Below, piece after piece: positions 48,593 through 62,689 of a stretch of 64,000 nt of DNA. The notes under the pieces are model-generated. The model was not told the DNA's origin. It did not search any database and was given only the letters and a program-made list of their open reading frames with translations. The position numbers and the translations under genes were made by a program. This DNA comes from Antedon mediterranea. Its lineage: Eukaryota > Animalia > Echinodermata. The DNA is taken from assembly GCF_964355755.1 (NCBI RefSeq), contig NC_092672.1, positions 13,516,001 to 13,580,000 on the forward strand, in the 5' to 3' direction. How positions within the stretch are numbered: position 1 is the stretch's first letter; every line of letters begins with the position of its first letter.

Positions 48593-49679
48593 TGAGTGAA
48601 TTGGCTGCTGTAGATAGGTGATTATTTGTGGTGTAAAAAAAATAATTTAGTAATGCTTTTTGGCATGTATTTAATATTAATTTAAGAAATAGCACATTTT
48701 TACCGCATCATTAATCCACCGTGGACTAATCAGTGTCTTCAAATCTTGACTGTTGATGCTGAATTTTGGCAATTTCAGCCACTCATTTTCTTTTAGTTTA
48801 TTAATGCTTTCCTTCAGCTGATTGATTTCAGTATTTCTTGTTCGTAAAAAGCCAGTTAACACTGACATATAATGAAAATAATAAATAATCCAATGTTGTT
48901 ATTAAGTTCAATATCAGGGCTAGATTTTGTATTAACCTGGCATGTAATACTTAATTTCAATGGGGTCCTTTAAAAAACAGCATAGACTTACAGCATTACC
49001 CTAGAATATAGCATTTGTTATAATAGCATAAATAGTATTGTTGTAATGGCATAAACAAAGTTTGTTTAAGTTAGTTAAGTTACCTCAATAACATAATTGT
49101 TAACCTACCTAGCGTCAAGTTTGTTTGAAACTGTGTTGATTTTTTATTGTCTTCATTTTGTTTTTCTTTCTCATTCATGTTTTCTTCTTCATCTTTTTCC
49201 TTAATATCCTTATTTTCTTCATCTTGTCCTTCATTTATTTCATTCTTGTCCTATAAAACAAATTCATTCATTTACATAATACATTTCCACACAATAAACA
49301 ATAACATTTTGTTATTAGAAAACTGTAAATCATCCTCAGAAATTGTAAATTAAGCGCTTGCTAATGTTGTGTTTTAATGAGGATAATATAGTGTTGTATT
49401 AAATAAAACAATATGATATAATGTTATTTATCATTAAAATACTTATTTATAATTTATTTGGTTAAAAAAATTGAATTATTCTTTGAGGACCTTGTTCGTT
49501 TAAACAAAATTTATAATAAGTATGACCCTCTTTTAAAAATAAATCTTTTGGTTTTTTTTTCATTTTAATTTAATCCTAAGAGGAATAATACTTTTAAAAA
49601 TGTCTAAAATGATGAATGATCTTATCTATTTAATAGTTTGATAGTTTAATAGTTTGTCTAACGTTACAATTCTGCTTTG

Positions 49680-49850
49680 TTAATTCAGCTGACAAAAAGA
49701 AGTCTTCTCTGTCACACTTGCACTCGGTATTTAATTGAAAGTTGACTTTCTGTTTGCCATCCTTCCTTCTCTTCGTTTCCTTTGGTTGAAAATGATTAGT
49801 CATATCCATCAAATACCATGTCAGCTTGGCCATACTTGTTGGTAGATACT
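49680..49850 (-). pseudogene. Fragment of a PIN/XPG-like nuclease domain of the Academ-type transposons
   Basis: 'YGQADMVFDGYD*SFSTK...RR' motif, frameshifted. Confidence 0.45.
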
Positions 49851-50942
49851 CTATATAATTATATGTAGTTATTACACCTTTTCCCCTAAATCGGCGAAAT
49901 TTTGTGTCATCATTAGTTTAAAAAAAGTACCCTTTCCTGTAAATCATTAAGATTTCTGTGTTTAACATAGAAGATCACTGATTAAATTGTAATGTTAACG
50001 ATAGCGTTTTTCAATTGAAAAACAAAAAATAAGACAAAATAAAAAGTTAAATTTAACCAAAAACTCATTGTCGTAGCCAATTTGACAAAATTTTTCTTTA
50101 AATTTCAGTTTAACGGTAAATCATTTTTTTGCCAATCCAATTTTTGGTCAACTTGAGTAACTATTATGTGACATATTCAGCAAAAAAATGTTTAAAAAAT
50201 TATTTTTTCACAGGAACAAACATTTGTAATTTGTGAAATTTTGTTAATTGGCCAAGGCGATCTTGTTACATCATCTGGGTTTTATTTTAACAAGTTGGTC
50301 ATCAACCTCGGCCTACCGGCCACCGATGTAGTAGGACCCTTTTGTATTAGTTATCCAAATTGTTATTAAGGCTTTAATAACACCAGACAGGCGCCATGCA
50401 GTAGTCTACCTGCACATGTGTTGCTAGGTCTACATTATGAATAAGTGAATGGACCGATGGACCATTGATCCGTTTACCCTGTAAACACAGAAAACATGGT
50501 TTTAATTATAAATTAAACTTGATTTTAATTTGATGAATATTTAGGCAATCTAAAACTTAACTGGTTCCGTGTTGTTCTTTAGTGCGTTTCCAGCGACGTT
50601 TCCAGCGTAAATAAGATGTTACATGCTCTTTTCCCTTTTTCACCACTTTTTCTCCCCGCTTTGCATTAATCACTGCACACCCATACTTTCCATTAAATTG
50701 TGCCATTGTTGCTGCCAACAATTTGAGTCGCATTGTTTTATTTGCAACAAGTACGCCTTCAAGATATAGAATTTATAAAGATAATTTACCTATACATTAC
50801 ATTTATAAATGTAGGTACAGTAATTGGTTTAATTGTTAGTGTTCACTCTATTTAAAGTGAACAAACGACATTAACACAATCATTACATGGAATTGGTATT
50901 GTTTAAATTTAAAAGATACTTCCATTGTTTTAACATACTCAC

Positions 50943-51140
50943 TCTGTGTATTTCTTCCAATTGGCTGCCAACGTCTAATGTCAACATTAGTATACTAATA
51001 TTTTTGCCTTTATTGATTGCACACAGGGCAAATTAAAGTTTCCAAAACACTACAGCATGTAACGGGTCACTTGACATGTTGTCAAATAATTTTCAATAAA
51101 AAAATCATGTCGGCATTGGTTGCATTTCTTAGTACAATGT
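50943..51140 (-). pseudogene. Second, diverged EnSpm/CACTA transposase N-terminal exon
   Basis: Paralogous to 55808-56100 ('LTLDVGSQLEEIH', CPVCN, same splice donor). Confidence 0.65.
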
Positions 51141-52565
51141 AATGTAAAAGAAAAGATAATTACATACACAATGGTTTGAAAGACTGAAATTAAGTTACTG
51201 TACATTCAACAACAACTATCAAAAGAATGTCAAAAAGTCCTCATTCAACAATCAATGTTTTCTTTTCTTCTTGACTCTTGGTAATTCCATGGCTCAGTAA
51301 GTTTGATGCTAGCTGATGGAGAGACTTACCAAGTGTAATTAGTCCAAGTGCAAACGACGGTAAAATGTTACCCGTGACCTCGGTAAGATCTTACTCTAAA
51401 ATTTGACCGGATTAATCCAGTGCGAATGAGGCTTGCTTATTATTGCACTGCACAACTGCGTCTTGCAAAATACAGCTTGCCTTTTCGGCCCTTGTAACTA
51501 TAAAGTGACAGCACATTGTTGGTGGCCCCCTTTCTCATAATGCAACGAACATTATCATCTGCCCTGTGTCCCGTCAAGGCACTTAAATAGTATGTAAATA
51601 AACTATTCCCCGCCGGACAACATCCATCCCCGCATCCATCCCGGTGTTTCTCGGCTGAGTCTAGTCAATTTATGACATTGAGTATATTGGGGCGAAGCGA
51701 GCAACCATGGGCTGGAGGCCAGGGGGGCCGCCAAAGGAGCGAGCAAGTTGGTTACTTTCAATCGTTTTACCGGTCACATAATTACGGCAAATTTCTTCTA
51801 AGTTTAAAAATGTTAAGATATAATGGTAATAATAACAATAATGAATAAAATAAGTCCTTTAATCGTAATAAATGCTGAATGAAATGCAGAAAAATTACTG
51901 AATGACTATGATTTCTTTATTATAAAATACAATTATTTTGAAAAAACGAGATCAAGACTAGAGAATAAAATGTATAATACACTACAGATTTATTTCAAGA
52001 CCCTATAAAATGTGGACCTTTTGCAATTACGCACTCGTCGCACCATCCTCCCCCCCCCCCCCAGCTGCGTACGGCCCTGCTATAATTAAATTAAAAATAA
52101 CACATTATTAATATAACATAAGTCTTTGTTTAAATTGATTTTCTTTTAAACGCTTAACTTAATTACTTTTTTAGTTCCATTTTTTCCAAAAGTATTCCCA
52201 AGATGAGAAAGGAAAAATGTATGGGCACATTTGGTTTTAAGCGTCTAGTAACATTTAGTACAACCATAAAAACTGCTATGAAATTTCAACAATACTATTA
52301 ATCAAAATGTAGCCAATGACTAAACCTATTAGGCTAATACTAGAATGTAGAATTGTAGATCATCGCTGGTGAATAACTCTACTAAAAATAGAAATGACAG
52401 TATTGTGTGTACAGAATGAGGCACAGTGTTATATTCGAGGAGAAAAATAAACGTCTGGGACGTTTGTTCTGTGGAAGTCCAATGTTATGATAATGGTTGT
52501 TTATTTAAAAGGGGGTGGTGTTTCTTTGAATAAATACGGTTAATAATAGTGGAATTAAATAGTTA

Positions 52566-53342
52566 CCATGCGTCACTGGAAAGACTGATCTGTCAGTTTG
52601 ATGTCCATTTCATCTTTGAATTTTAATGGACTTTCAATCTCGTCATCGGCTGTATTTTGTTATTCCACCAGCGATCTTAGAAGCGACAGGCTTTCCTTTT
52701 GTAAGTCGATCACGGTGTCCAATTTCACCGTCAATAAGAGATTTCTTCCTAAATAATGAAAACAAACATTCATTCGTTTTTTATTGTGTGAAAAATATTT
52801 GCAATTCAGTTTATTTTGTGTCATACAAAACAATATGCACTTAGCCCGTACTAAAATTAAGCTAGCTGTTTGAGAAAGACTTTCCGGTAAGCTTGGGCGC
52901 TTTCGCCAACTGCGGCAACGGCTTGGTTTTCTTGGTGTTTCGTTTAACATCACTATCTAAAATGAGAATGACACTTTGTTAACTGCTACTGTATGCATCA
53001 TTTTCCACTATAACTCGCAATAGAAAGTAAATTTTGTAGTACAGGTTTTTCTGTGTAATTTTTAATATAGATGTACAGTAGCTACAAGTAATGATAAACA
53101 ATATCAACTCTATTTATGAGTCAAAGTTGTGATTATAATTAGAAATGTAATGCTTGTTTTTAAAGCAAGTAGTAGTGATTGTGATAATATAGTTTGCATA
53201 TATAATCGACCTACCATCACTTTCTGAGGACGCAAACCTCGAAGGCACTTTTTTTTCCTTTCCGCAATGTCACCACTGGCGTCGTCCATGTTCGACGTGT
53301 CCTCAGTGCATTTGGCTGCAGTACGCGCCTTCTCAATTGAGC
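52566..53342 (-). pseudogene. Probable EnSpm accessory-gene exons
   Basis: Exon 53214-53342 'SIEKARTAAKCTEDTSNMDD..RKKKVPSRF' bounded by AG/GT. Confidence 0.35.
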
Positions 53343-55089
53343 CTAAAAAGCAATGCTAAAACTGTCTTTAATTTGAATTCTTTAACTTTCTATACATATG
53401 AATATAACACTTTTTATCAGTTTTACCAATATACTATAGTATAAAACCCTGTCAAAATTGTTGTTGATATACACATTTGATATTTTAAGAGATATGATCA
53501 CAGAGGCAAATCAATACTTGAATTTGTACAGTAGGTTTATTATTATTTAAAAGAAGATTACAATACAGTAATTTTCAAAACATTGTAATGCTAAATCTAC
53601 TTATAAGCAGTATTATAGTATCTTTTGAATGGGCCATACACAGACCTGTCCAGTGGCTGTAGCTTGTGTGAGCAATGTGGTGGGAATGAAAGCATTACTA
53701 TATCATTTGATTTTGCATAGTCTAGTACCTCAATGCTAATATGTGTACAGCCACATGAAAACCAGGCACTTGGTGAAAAATGTGATGATATTTATTATTG
53801 ATAATGAAATTCCTCACAATATATCCTTCAAAATGCTAAACAGATCATTTAAATCAAGCAAATATTCCCAGAGTTATGGCAATAAATGTATATAGTATTT
53901 ATACAACAATTTATTTGTAATTACTGAGTAATTAACAGTTTAATGACAAATCAGACTGGAAGTTGCCCCATGCTGTTACAGATTGAACAATTAACACCTT
54001 AGCAACACTACCTTCTAGATAAACAATCATTCACTTGTTCAATATAGTGTCAACCTCAGCCTACCGGCCACAGATGTAGATCCTTCTCATACCACCCTCT
54101 GTTCTATGGTTATTTTTAAAAACAACATTATGTCCAAAATTCCCATGCAAAGACATTGCTCATATGCCTGTTTACTACAACAATTTGCCACCCAGTTCGG
54201 CCACGTGACAATTAGGCCTAGTATTAACAAATCGTCAAATAATCAGTTTATCATTCCCCAGGTTATTAACATTGTGATCATGGCTAACTTGCATCGCTGT
54301 CTGGCTGCTTCATTAGATTCTTTGAATAATTAAAGTTTAATACTTGCTGAAACCTTACACTAGTGTTCATCATATCAATTATGACTATTATTCACTTCAA
54401 TTTATTACGCTTTATACTGTATTTTTTTTATTGAATTTGTTTCAAATCAATTTCAAATCCAGTTCAGGTAGTACCCCTCCTCTGTGACAAACATTATCAG
54501 GGACATCCATTTTAAGGGGACATTTTCTTGTAAGTCTGTTTTTAATGGTTAACTAAAATACACCATTTGACAATGTGATGTTATCAGTATAAGCCGATGT
54601 AGATAAAACAGAAAATAAATTGAAATACGACATTTTGTATGCCTATCGTTCATTTACGTTATTTTTGCCCAGGACTGGCCAAGGCAAAGGGTTGGAATAT
54701 CGACTTCTGTATTGAGGCAGAAACAACTAGGGCCTAATACACTTTTATTGAAAACTAATAATACATTAAAATATTATGCTTGTTTGGGACGTTTCGAACT
54801 GGAAAAAATGTGAGAAAAACCCCCGTTTATTGTTTATTAAAAACAGAGTTGCTGTGAATTTAGGCCTGGGGTAGATCTGTCGCACCAAGCTAGTTCGTTG
54901 GACTGGTTCTGGCTACCAAATTCGGTCCAGCCGTATTATCGATAGATTTACGTATCGTAAATAAAAGCATCAAATGATCGGCGGCTTAACTCTTAAAGCT
55001 TCCCCCACGAAATTTAATTAGCCTATGTACTGTATAAGTTAATTTATATAAAATCAAATTTGTAATTGAAAATGTGGATTTGTACATAC

Positions 55090-56187
55090 CGCATCTTAGG
55101 GGGGAGCTCATTAATATATCCTTGGATTGGCCAAATCGACACTCTGGAGCTATCCCAGACTTGTGCCCCATTGATATGCCAAACCTTTGTAAGGTTATTG
55201 ATATTGGTGCAATAGCCACCAGGTTTCAATAGTTCTTTATACATTCTTCCATCATATATGTCACAGATTCCGGATTTGCTCACTTTTCTAGGTGTTTTTA
55301 ACACCTCTACAACTTTAGGATCTGCAAAAAGAAAATTATAATCACTTTGAAAGTATGGATTAATTGGCCGGAAATCAAGTATATCAAATCAAATATATTC
55401 CTTAAATATTTAACTTAAAAACTAGTCTACACCCTATATTTATATTGAATATTTTACTTCAAATTGCCCAATGAAATCCTAGCGCTATTACAAATTGCGC
55501 ATACCGTTCAAATTGCGCATTATCCAATCACATAAGAATACGTATATACCTAAAGAGTGCCCTGTGTTTCTTTACTAACTCCTATATATGTAATTATCAC
55601 ACAAAAGAGTGATAAACCTAATTTCAACTTATGTCGTGGCACGTAGTGACTAAATAAGGAATTTAATTATCTACAGTAATTGTTGGTGTTCGCTGTAAAT
55701 GTTTAATACAATTATTATATAACAAAGATATAAATTAGACCAATATTTAAAAGATAAATTGAATTGAATAATATATGGAAAAGAAAAAGCATTGTTTTAC
55801 ATACTCACCCTTGTGTATTTCTTCCAATTGACTGGCAACGTCTAATGTCAACAAGTAGGATTCATTTTTGTTGCCTTGTTTGTTGCACACCGGGCAAATC
55901 AAATTTTCTAAAACACTGCAGCAGTCCACACAAGTTTGATAACGAGTAAACTTGACTTTCCCTATCAACGTCGAATTTTTTTTAAAGAAGTACAAGGATT
56001 GCAAGTGTTTTAACGACCGTGCGTGTTGTTTGGGCATATGTTGACGAATAATATTTAATAAAAAAATCATATCGGCATCCGTTGCATTACACTGGATCCT
56101 ATATCCAAGTGGAATTGTAACGCTCTCAAGAGCTGAAATTTGCGAACCTGGATACAATTCGCCGTACCCATTCAGTTCAGACACCAT
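55090..56187 (-). pseudogene. EnSpm/CACTA transposase, two exons, truncated
   Basis: 'ICDIYDGRMY..NGAQVWDSSRVSIWPIQGYINELPPKMR' (55090-55321) and an upstream CxxC..CxxC exon at 55808-56187. Confidence 0.8.
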
Positions 56188-57227
56188 GTCACTCCAGGTT
56201 GTTCGAATTATCCATGTTTGAAAATTGCATTAAAAAAATTATATACTGTGTGACTTAACGCTGCAAATTAGAAAGTGTTTATGGCATTTGCACTTCGCGC
56301 GTTTGACCACTGGTATTTTACCACTGGTTAGATTATAATACATAAACCAATGACAAGTGGACATACCGTGTCAAATTTCTGGCCAAGGTTTTCGCATTCT
56401 AATGGGCATACAACTAGTTATAGGTCGCCAGTATAGCTGAGATTTCAATAAACTGGGATATTTTAAAAAAAATTAATGTATGCCTCGATGCCACCCAGTG
56501 TGGATAGTGATAGTATTATTAGTATAAGCCTGGTGACTATGATTTCATCAATATTATCAATTTGTTTTATATCATACTCATAGAACAAACATTCGTATAG
56601 TTTTAGCAACCTATTTATAAATTATAGAGCCTGGCTGTAGGCCTTCTCCGTGATTTTATTTGTCCATGTTTAAATGTCTTAGGCTATATAGTGCATTGAC
56701 TGTCTATTTCGTAATAATTTACTAATTCCATAACTAACGAAATGAACCGTATAGCCTAAGAATGATGGGAGTGGGAAAACATTCTCACCGAACCTCAACT
56801 CATTTTTTAAGCTGACAATGAAACATGTTGTTATTGCGCATTAATTGAAACTTGAGTCATTATTTAAATTGTTCCATTAATTGTCAGGGAGATCCGTGAA
56901 CAATTATTTTTTACTTCCCTTTTTACGACTAAATACTACTAAATACATTTTTGCCTTGTGTGGGATCACCCCACTTTTATTTATTTTTTCAACATAAAAA
57001 AAAATAAGGTTTAAAATATTCTTTGTGTGGTCACAACAACAAAAAAACACATGGGTTGTTGGTTGTGATGGGTTGCAACCTAGCCGAAATTAGGCTTGTT
57101 TATTCGTCCGTGGATTCAATTTTAATTGACACTCTTGATCAAAGCCGGCTTGTATTGTTAATTCAATTATTCTAATTGAGTGGTTCTGTACACTTCCTTT
57201 TTTATATTGTGCGCATATATGAACTTA

Positions 57228-57650
57228 CCAATATCAGGCTCCACTCGGCCTTCAATATCATCTTCATCCGAGTTCCCATTACTATCAGAATCTAGATTTA
57301 AAAAAATATTTTGAGTACATTTCTGACAAAAGCAAACAAAAGATGGCTGGGATGCAAATATAATACTGAATACATTATTATATTACTTAACTTGGTAAAG
57401 ACTGTTTCTGTATGGTGTATTCCTGTTGACCTTAAAATTAATAGTAATTTCTACATACCACTGGACAATTGCTTGGCTGGATCATCAATGGCAATTGTCT
57501 GCAGGTTTTTGCCTTTTTGAGCAGGTAAGTTAGATTTCTCCAATGAAAGGAATAACTTTGAGAGCTTTGCTATTCGTAGCACACTATCAGGTACTTGGTA
57601 ATATGCACGATGCACACGCAAATCGTGGCCCATAAATGAAGCTAACATGA
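57228..57650 (-). pseudogene. C-terminal fragment of a tyrosine-recombinase-like protein
   Basis: 'LASFMGHDLRVHRAYYQVP' resembles the YR box II (H...Y), followed by small acidic exons. Confidence 0.55.
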
Positions 57651-57837
57651 GTTTATGAGATGAGTTTTAATGAAGATTACATCAACCAAGATTGTTAATT
57701 ACATGTAAAATTGCATGTACAATTTTTTTTTTATTAATAAAGGTTTTACCGATCAATAAATATAATCATTGTTTCTTAACAATTGTACAGTACTGTACTT
57801 AATTACCAAACAAACTCAGTTGTACTGTGTCTGTGTT

Positions 57838-59165
57838 ATATTGGCGAACAAATCATCAATTAAAGGTAATGGGTACGTATCTACCTTCGCAACTTGGTTA
57901 ATCGTTAATTTGTAGTCTCCGCAAATTCGTACGGAACCATCAGACTTAATAACGGGGACTATAGGTGCAGCCCACTCAGAAAAATTAATAGGCGTAATTG
58001 TGCCTTCTTGCTTTAATCTGTGTAATTCTTTTTCGACCTTATCTTTGATCCCAAAGGGTATTGGCCTTGCTTTACAGAATTTGGGAACAGCCCCTTCCTT
58101 CACCAATAATAATTTGGGTGAAATTAAAGGATTTAAAGATGTCGATCTCCAGTATATTGTGAGAATAGACTCGCCTGATTAGATTTTAAATGTATCTTTA
58201 TTTACAATATAATACTAACTACTCACTTTCGGCTTGATTATAAGGTGTCTTCTGCTTCTTGTGGACATTAGGACAGTAGGCTCATATAGTACTGTATGCT
58301 GTAAAATTTAAAAAAAACCTTTTATTTTCATCCCATATTTTTAACTGATTTTAGTGTTAACCAGCCCTAGACTTTATCATATTTACCAATTATTTCACTA
58401 CTTAACATAGATCTTTTCGTTTGCACTTGTTTGATTTTACCCCAATCTAATTGTAGATTAGTTAACCAATTCCTGCCTATCAAGGTGGATCCTCTCCCTG
58501 GAATTACTACTAGAGGTAACATAACCAGTTTACCCTCCATACATTTCACCTTTAATGAAAGGTGACACACACCAACTACTTTAATTTCTTCTCCAGTGTA
58601 TGTTTTCAATTTAGCATCAGATGGTTTAATTATGGGTCTATCTTTACTTTTAGGCCACACTTGTTTCAACATATGATCACTTATCACAGATACAGCGGCA
58701 CCTGTGTCAATTTCCATATTAACGTTAATACCATTTACATTTAACACTGTTTGATATGGATCAGTGCTTGTTCTACTTAGAATAACATTATTAGTAATAG
58801 TAAACAATTCATGATATATGTCATTACAATCTCTACTAGTTGGTAAAGCTACCGTATTATAATCATATTCACAACAATCTTCATAATCATCATTTACATC
58901 TAATTCTCCCAACTGACCCTTAACCTTTCTATTAGTATGTCCCTTTTTCTTTCCATCAGGTGGTTTATTTTTACTTCTACAAACAATTTCAAAATGTCCT
59001 GTGATTCCACATCGATGACATTTTGACCTCTTTGCTGGACAATTTTCATCTCTGCTAAGATGACCTTCCCTGCCACATTTCCAACACTTTGCTTTTTCCC
59101 CATAGTTAGGTTTCACCTGTCTCTTAAATCTGGCTCTAGGATTACCTTGAATTTGTTTAACTGAT
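57838..59165 (-). mobile_element. Fragmented Gypsy element (two CCHC knuckles, protease, RT N-terminus)
   Basis: 'CWKCGREGH..C', 'CHRCGITGHFEIVC', 'IDTGA', 'SEWAAPIVPVIKSDGSVRICGDYK'; interrupted at 58107-58366. Confidence 0.88.
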
Positions 59166-59929
59166 GTATCAATCGATGGGTATCCTGCCTCCATATTAAT
59201 ATCATGCATAATAATGATGAATTTTTTTTCAGCCAAAACTTGTATATTACACAAAAGTATATAGTGGCACCATGGAGTTCTTATTAGATAGAGTAATGAA
59301 TTTATTAACTGATCTACAGCCAATAATAACAACAATTCCCTGGTGGCACCAACCAAATGAATTCTGAATCCAGCTATGAAAAAGTAACTTGCTACATTCT
59401 TTTCTTTCTTTGTCAACGTTCAATTTGTCCGCAACTATCTTTCTTATGCAATTACTTTTCCAACAAACAGAATTTAAAAAACCACAGAAACGATCTTTTT
59501 GTTCATTTTGCAGAAACCAAATATTTTGGGAATCCTTGTCGATTTAACCTACCCACAGTGTTGGCTTTTAACATACTCTTTCTATTCATACTGTAGATCC
59601 ACCGCTTCGATATAATTGATTTCCCTTTCCACTGTCGTACATGGATCATTGAGTGATGTTACAAAGATCCATTCTCTTGAAGTTGGCAAATTACATCTAA
59701 ATAGATCCCATAACTCTCAATATTTGTTAATGCTGTTCTGTCATTTTACAGAACCAACAGAATTATAACAATTGCAGAAACAATCTATTGTTCCTTTTGC
59801 AAAAAATGAATGTGGATAATTGGAATCCTTGTCGTTTCAACCTGACCATATTATCATCATCTTTCTTTGCATTATGCCACTCTCCATTCTTGAAATCATC
59901 ATCACACATGGAAAAATTCTAACTTGTCT

Positions 59930-60360
59930 AGTCTTTTTAAGCCTGGTTGATACAGTATGTGATGTTATAGAGTTTGCCAATTTGATTTAGGAACTTTGAG
60001 GTTGAGTTTGTCATTAGATGAATGTAGAGAATGTCAGGTTGATGGATATAAAGGACTTTTTAATATAGGAAGGGGCAGAGTTGTTGAAATACTTGAAAGT
60101 AATAATTACATTTTTTTTAAAATTTGAGATGATAGTAATTTGAAGCCCGTGAAGTTGTTGGAAAAGGTTTCAAACATCTAGCTTTAAAGAATATTATTTC
60201 TGAATGTTTATTCTGAATTTATTCCTGAACAATTTGTAGACATTGAATGTCGAGCCGATAGGATGGAATTAGCATAATCCAATAATCATAACCTCTTTCT
60301 GTGTGCAATAACACTGTTATACTTTAATATTGAATTTAATTGAATTGAAATTTATATTTA
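59930..60360 (-). mobile_element. Decayed LINE ORF2 C-terminal fragment
   Basis: Minus-strand 'FKYFNNSAPSY..LKVPK' remnant. Confidence 0.35.
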
Positions 60361-60507
60361 TACTGATATTTTGGACAGTTACATGTGGTATATGATTTCT
60401 GCATATTGAACATTCACATTTTTCAGTCAGTGGTAACATGGCCCACCTCAAATCATGTTTAGTACTACATATTGCGTGTCTTGAATTGGATTCCCATCTC
60501 CCATCGT

Positions 60508-60826
60508 GGGTGAGTGGCCGAGCGGTTAAGACAGTGGAACCGTAATCACGTAGCCATAACATCGGCAGAGGTTCGAGGCTCACTCACTCCATGGTTCTGG
60601 TGGTAGAACGAGTCTTCTCGGATAAGGACTATAAACCGTAGGTCCAGTGTACACAACTTGCTCGTGTGCACTTTAAAGAACCTAGTACATCTTTCGAGAC
60701 GAGTAGGGGGTTACCCCGGTGTATTAGTACATCACAGCCACTGATCACCAACTGGGCCCTCTGGGAGACCAGTCTTTGACTGAAGAGGTTACCCAGTATA
60801 AATATATATTTCAATTTCAATTTCAA
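60508..60826 (+). mobile_element. tRNA-derived SINE with a Meta-like core
   Basis: A box tggccgagcgg, B box ggttcgaggc, core 'gataaggactataaaccg..gtgcactttaaagaacc', (tttcaa)n tail. Confidence 0.85.
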
Positions 60827-62689
60827 ATTCCCCTTAATTTTATCCACTAATTACTCTCCTTTCACATGCAAAATATGCATGAATTTAAACAAAAAAAAAG
60901 AATATTTGTTATGTACTGTATTGGATGAATATTATCATCAGATAACATAAATCTGATCAACTTAATATACTTGTTTATTGACACAGCAATTTGTCATGTC
61001 ATCGGGAAAAATTATGTTGTTGCTGCGATTGGTCTATGTATGACATGTAGATCCCTAGATGTTTATCAATAGCTCTTCGATCTCGTCACAATGATGTATC
61101 AGCACTGTGTTCCAACTCAACAAGCAGTCATGAATGTTTGCAAAATATTTTCTGGTAATAAGGATCTCACACAAAAAAAATATTACCAAATTACAGTAAC
61201 TCCAGATAAATTTTGTTGTTGCTGGATTTCTTAAAACACTACCTACTATGTTTGCAATGGAAGGTTTTGCAGATGCTATAAAATGGCAAATTTTCCCCAT
61301 TATGATGAACCTGTTATGAACACTGCAACATAAATTTGTGTACCGCCTACTCATTGGTTTTGTTTTGTGGGTCTAAATGTGACCAGACCAGTTAGATCAT
61401 TTTCAACCACATTAACAACAGGACTGGGCTGTTTAGTAACAACAACATACCATGGAACATTGGAAACACCACAGAATTGATTATTTGACTTCATCACCCC
61501 TGTTCCACAAATTGGTATAATAACAAATGACAATGAGCATAAAAACTTGGAGCATGTGACTGTCAGTTGCACCTTTGCAAAAGCATTCTATAAATCCTCT
61601 GAAGCACCTCAGAGACTGTTGATTTTGTCACTGACACTTCTTGAGACAGTGCCCACATGCATAATAAACTTTCTGAAGAAACAAGGCAAAAACTGGTTCA
61701 TCCCAATGATAAAAGTCCCAAAGGACAAACAAAACAAAACATTAATTATGCCATGCAATGCAGATATAGGTTGTGACTATTTTAGCTAAATGCAAGTACC
61801 AACATGGGCAAGTACATCTGGCTGAACTCTGCGTTACTGTATATTGACACTTAAAATATCAACCAGTCTAACAACAAGGATGTGGTCATCTTAGAAAGAG
61901 AATTAAGATACTTTCCGAGAGGTGTGAAATAGGCAGTTTACAGCTAATGCAACGATCTCTTCTGAACAGAGGGGTAGGCCCACGTCACATCTTATCTGGA
62001 ACTTTCAACTAATCATTGTTCAGACCAATTGCTGCAGCAACATCATTCGTCCTAATAATACAACCTGAATAGATTGTTAAATCTTGCTGTTTCAATGCAC
62101 TTGTCCGGATGATCAGATTTATCATATACACTACATACTATGTGGAGAATTCCACATATGGGAAATTCCATTTTAACGGACGTGACATTTTTACACTTCC
62201 AAAGCAAATATATAAAATAATAAAAGACGCTTGCATCAACTTGTAACAAAATAAGACTTATGACCAGTAAAACTCTATTTTACCAAAATTTATTTAAAAT
62301 ATTGCTTTGTTATGAAAATATACGCGGTTTTACTGTGTCACGTACCTGTACGTGACAGCGTCTTTTTTAGAATAACTGAAAATGTGACTTCATATGTAAA
62401 TTTCAGCTCACTGGAAAAGATGAACATTTAGTGTTTCTACATGAAAACAAGTCTACACTAAATTGATGAAAAAAAGTTTTAAATTATTTTACCAATTTTA
62501 ATTAATAGCTACTTAATTAATTGTAACGAACGTGACATAGGTGTCACGGATGTAACAGAGACACTTAATACTGTTACAAGTGTTTACTAATGTTATTTGT
62601 TATAGATACCAATGGTCCAAGATGGTTCCAAACACAAACTTTTTAGTGGGCTTGTCTAGATTATTAAAAGGTTCTTACAGGTTCAACAC

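Larger units (their letters stand above)
45476..49250 (-). pseudogene. Ulp1/SENP-family (peptidase C48) protease gene fragment
   Basis: The exon ending at 48704 ('DLKTLISPRWINDA') splices in frame to exon 45476-45607 ('IINAYLGLI..HVFVLPT'). Catalytic exons were not found. Confidence 0.7.

Noticed and set aside
58367-59416. Intact 349-aa gene
   Set aside because: A chance in-frame fusion of unrelated sequence to a Gypsy gag-protease fragment.
60508-60592. tRNA gene
   Set aside because: It continues into a SINE core and tail without a poly-T terminator. The same applies to 46405-46474.
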